Shown: positions 63,188 through 64,000 of the stretch, piece after piece
Layout: each line of letters begins with the position of its first letter
How positions within the stretch are numbered: position 1 is the stretch's first letter
NCBI GenBank assembly: GCA_963720465.1
Contig: OY970393.1
Location: forward strand, 320,001-384,000
DNA length: 64,000 nucleotides
Origin: Methanobacteriota archaeon
Lineage (GTDB): Archaea; Halobacteriota; Bog-38; Methanoflorentales; Methanoflorentaceae
Direction: 5' to 3'
Translations under genes and position numbers: made by a program
Notes under the pieces: model-generated
The model's database searches: none
Told to the model about the DNA's origin: nothing
Seen by the model: the letters and a program-made list of their open reading frames with translations, nothing else

Positions 63188-64000
63188 ATGGCAAAGAAAA
63201 AGCAGACTAACGTCCTTCTTGTTGAAGATAATCCGTCCGACGCTCGGCTTGTTCAAGACCTGTTGCGCGATGCCCAGCACGAACGCTTTACCGTTATCAT
63301 TGCTCCCACACTATCCAAAGGCCTTGACCAGGTCTCACGAGATGCCTTCGATGTCATCCTCTTAGACCTCGGCTTGCCCGACAGTCAGGGGCTTGACACA
63401 TTCCATGCCGTCCACGAGCACGCACTACAGCTGCCTATTGTCGTGTTGACGGTCTCGGACGACGAGGAACTTGGGCGGAAGGCGGTGCAGGAAGGAGCAC
63501 AGGGGTTCCTCCTGAAGGACGTAGTATTAGTCAGCGAGTCGTATGCCGGGATATCCACTCGCATGATACGGCACGCCATTGAACAGAAGCGGGCAGAAGC
63601 AGCGTTCAATGCAAGCGAGGAGCAATTTAGAACCCTCTTCAACGACTCACCTGTTGCACAGGTGCGCTACGATGCCGATGGGCGTCCCGTTGAGGCAAAT
63701 AAGGCAGCTTATACCTTCCTCGGCATTAGTAGCATAGCCGACATCCAGGACTGGACGATTTTCACCAGTCCGCGCGTCTCAGACCTTGGCAAAGCACAAT
63801 TGCGAGGAGGACGTTCCATAAGATACGAACTGTGTTACGACTTTGCCGTTCTCCGAGAGAGCAACTATTTCCCCACAAGCCACTCAAGTGTGCGATACGC
63901 CGATATCCATACGGCCCCTCTCTTCAATGCGGAAGGTAGCGTCGCAGGATACCTCGCGCAGATTATTGACATCACCGACAGTAAGAACGCAGCGGAAGAG
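63188..64000 (+). CDS. Receiver plus PAS domain signalling protein, 5' part (runs off window)
   Basis: VLLVEDN, DVILLDLGLPD, PIVVLT, then EEQFRTLFNDSP...DIT. Confidence 0.88.
   Translation, partial: MAKKKQTNVLLVEDNPSDARLVQDLLRDAQHERFTVIIAPTLSKGLDQVSRDAFDVILLDLGLPDSQGLDTFHAVHEHALQLPIVVLTVSDDEELGRKAVQEGAQGFLLKDVVLVSESYAGISTRMIRHAIEQKRAEAAFNASEEQFRTLFNDSPVAQVRYDADGRPVEANKAAYTFLGISSIADIQDWTIFTSPRVSDLGKAQLRGGRSIRYELCYDFAVLRESNYFPTSHSSVRYADIHTAPLFNAEGSVAGYLAQIIDITDSKNAAEE

Overview
Archaeal DNA, probably a methanogen-related Halobacteriota lineage (aRF1, TBP, Taw1, F420-type FdhAB, hypCAE). Bases 1-6.0 kb are housekeeping genes. The rest is an accessory island centred on one tRNA-Asp(GTC) at 27125-27197. 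SSV1/pTN3-like split tyrosine-integrase elements appear to have used this tRNA from both sides. Left: element B (~9869-27164) and an older, decayed element A (~6106-9908) target the promoter plus 5' half. Right: element C (~27153-45890) targets the 3' half in the opposite orientation. For B and C, joining the att repeats fuses an N-terminal 'YPxIRLP' ORF in frame to a catalytic integrase ORF. The island also holds 15 orphan copies of the last ~60-210 bp of the integrase gene (HPLPEHVYDVYMQYW), each next to one or two cargo genes. Some tail+cargo units recur in a different order on the other side of the tRNA. This looks like an integron-like cassette array with the integrase's own 3' end as the repeat, but tandem integration followed by decay is an equally live explanation. 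A second backbone-derived repeat family also alternates with cargo. Cargo includes amtB-glnK, TBP, fdhAB, transporters, methyltransferases, putative defence proteins and a Thr/Cys repeat protein. All calls come from reading the sequence; no searches were run, and coordinates of decayed features are approximate.
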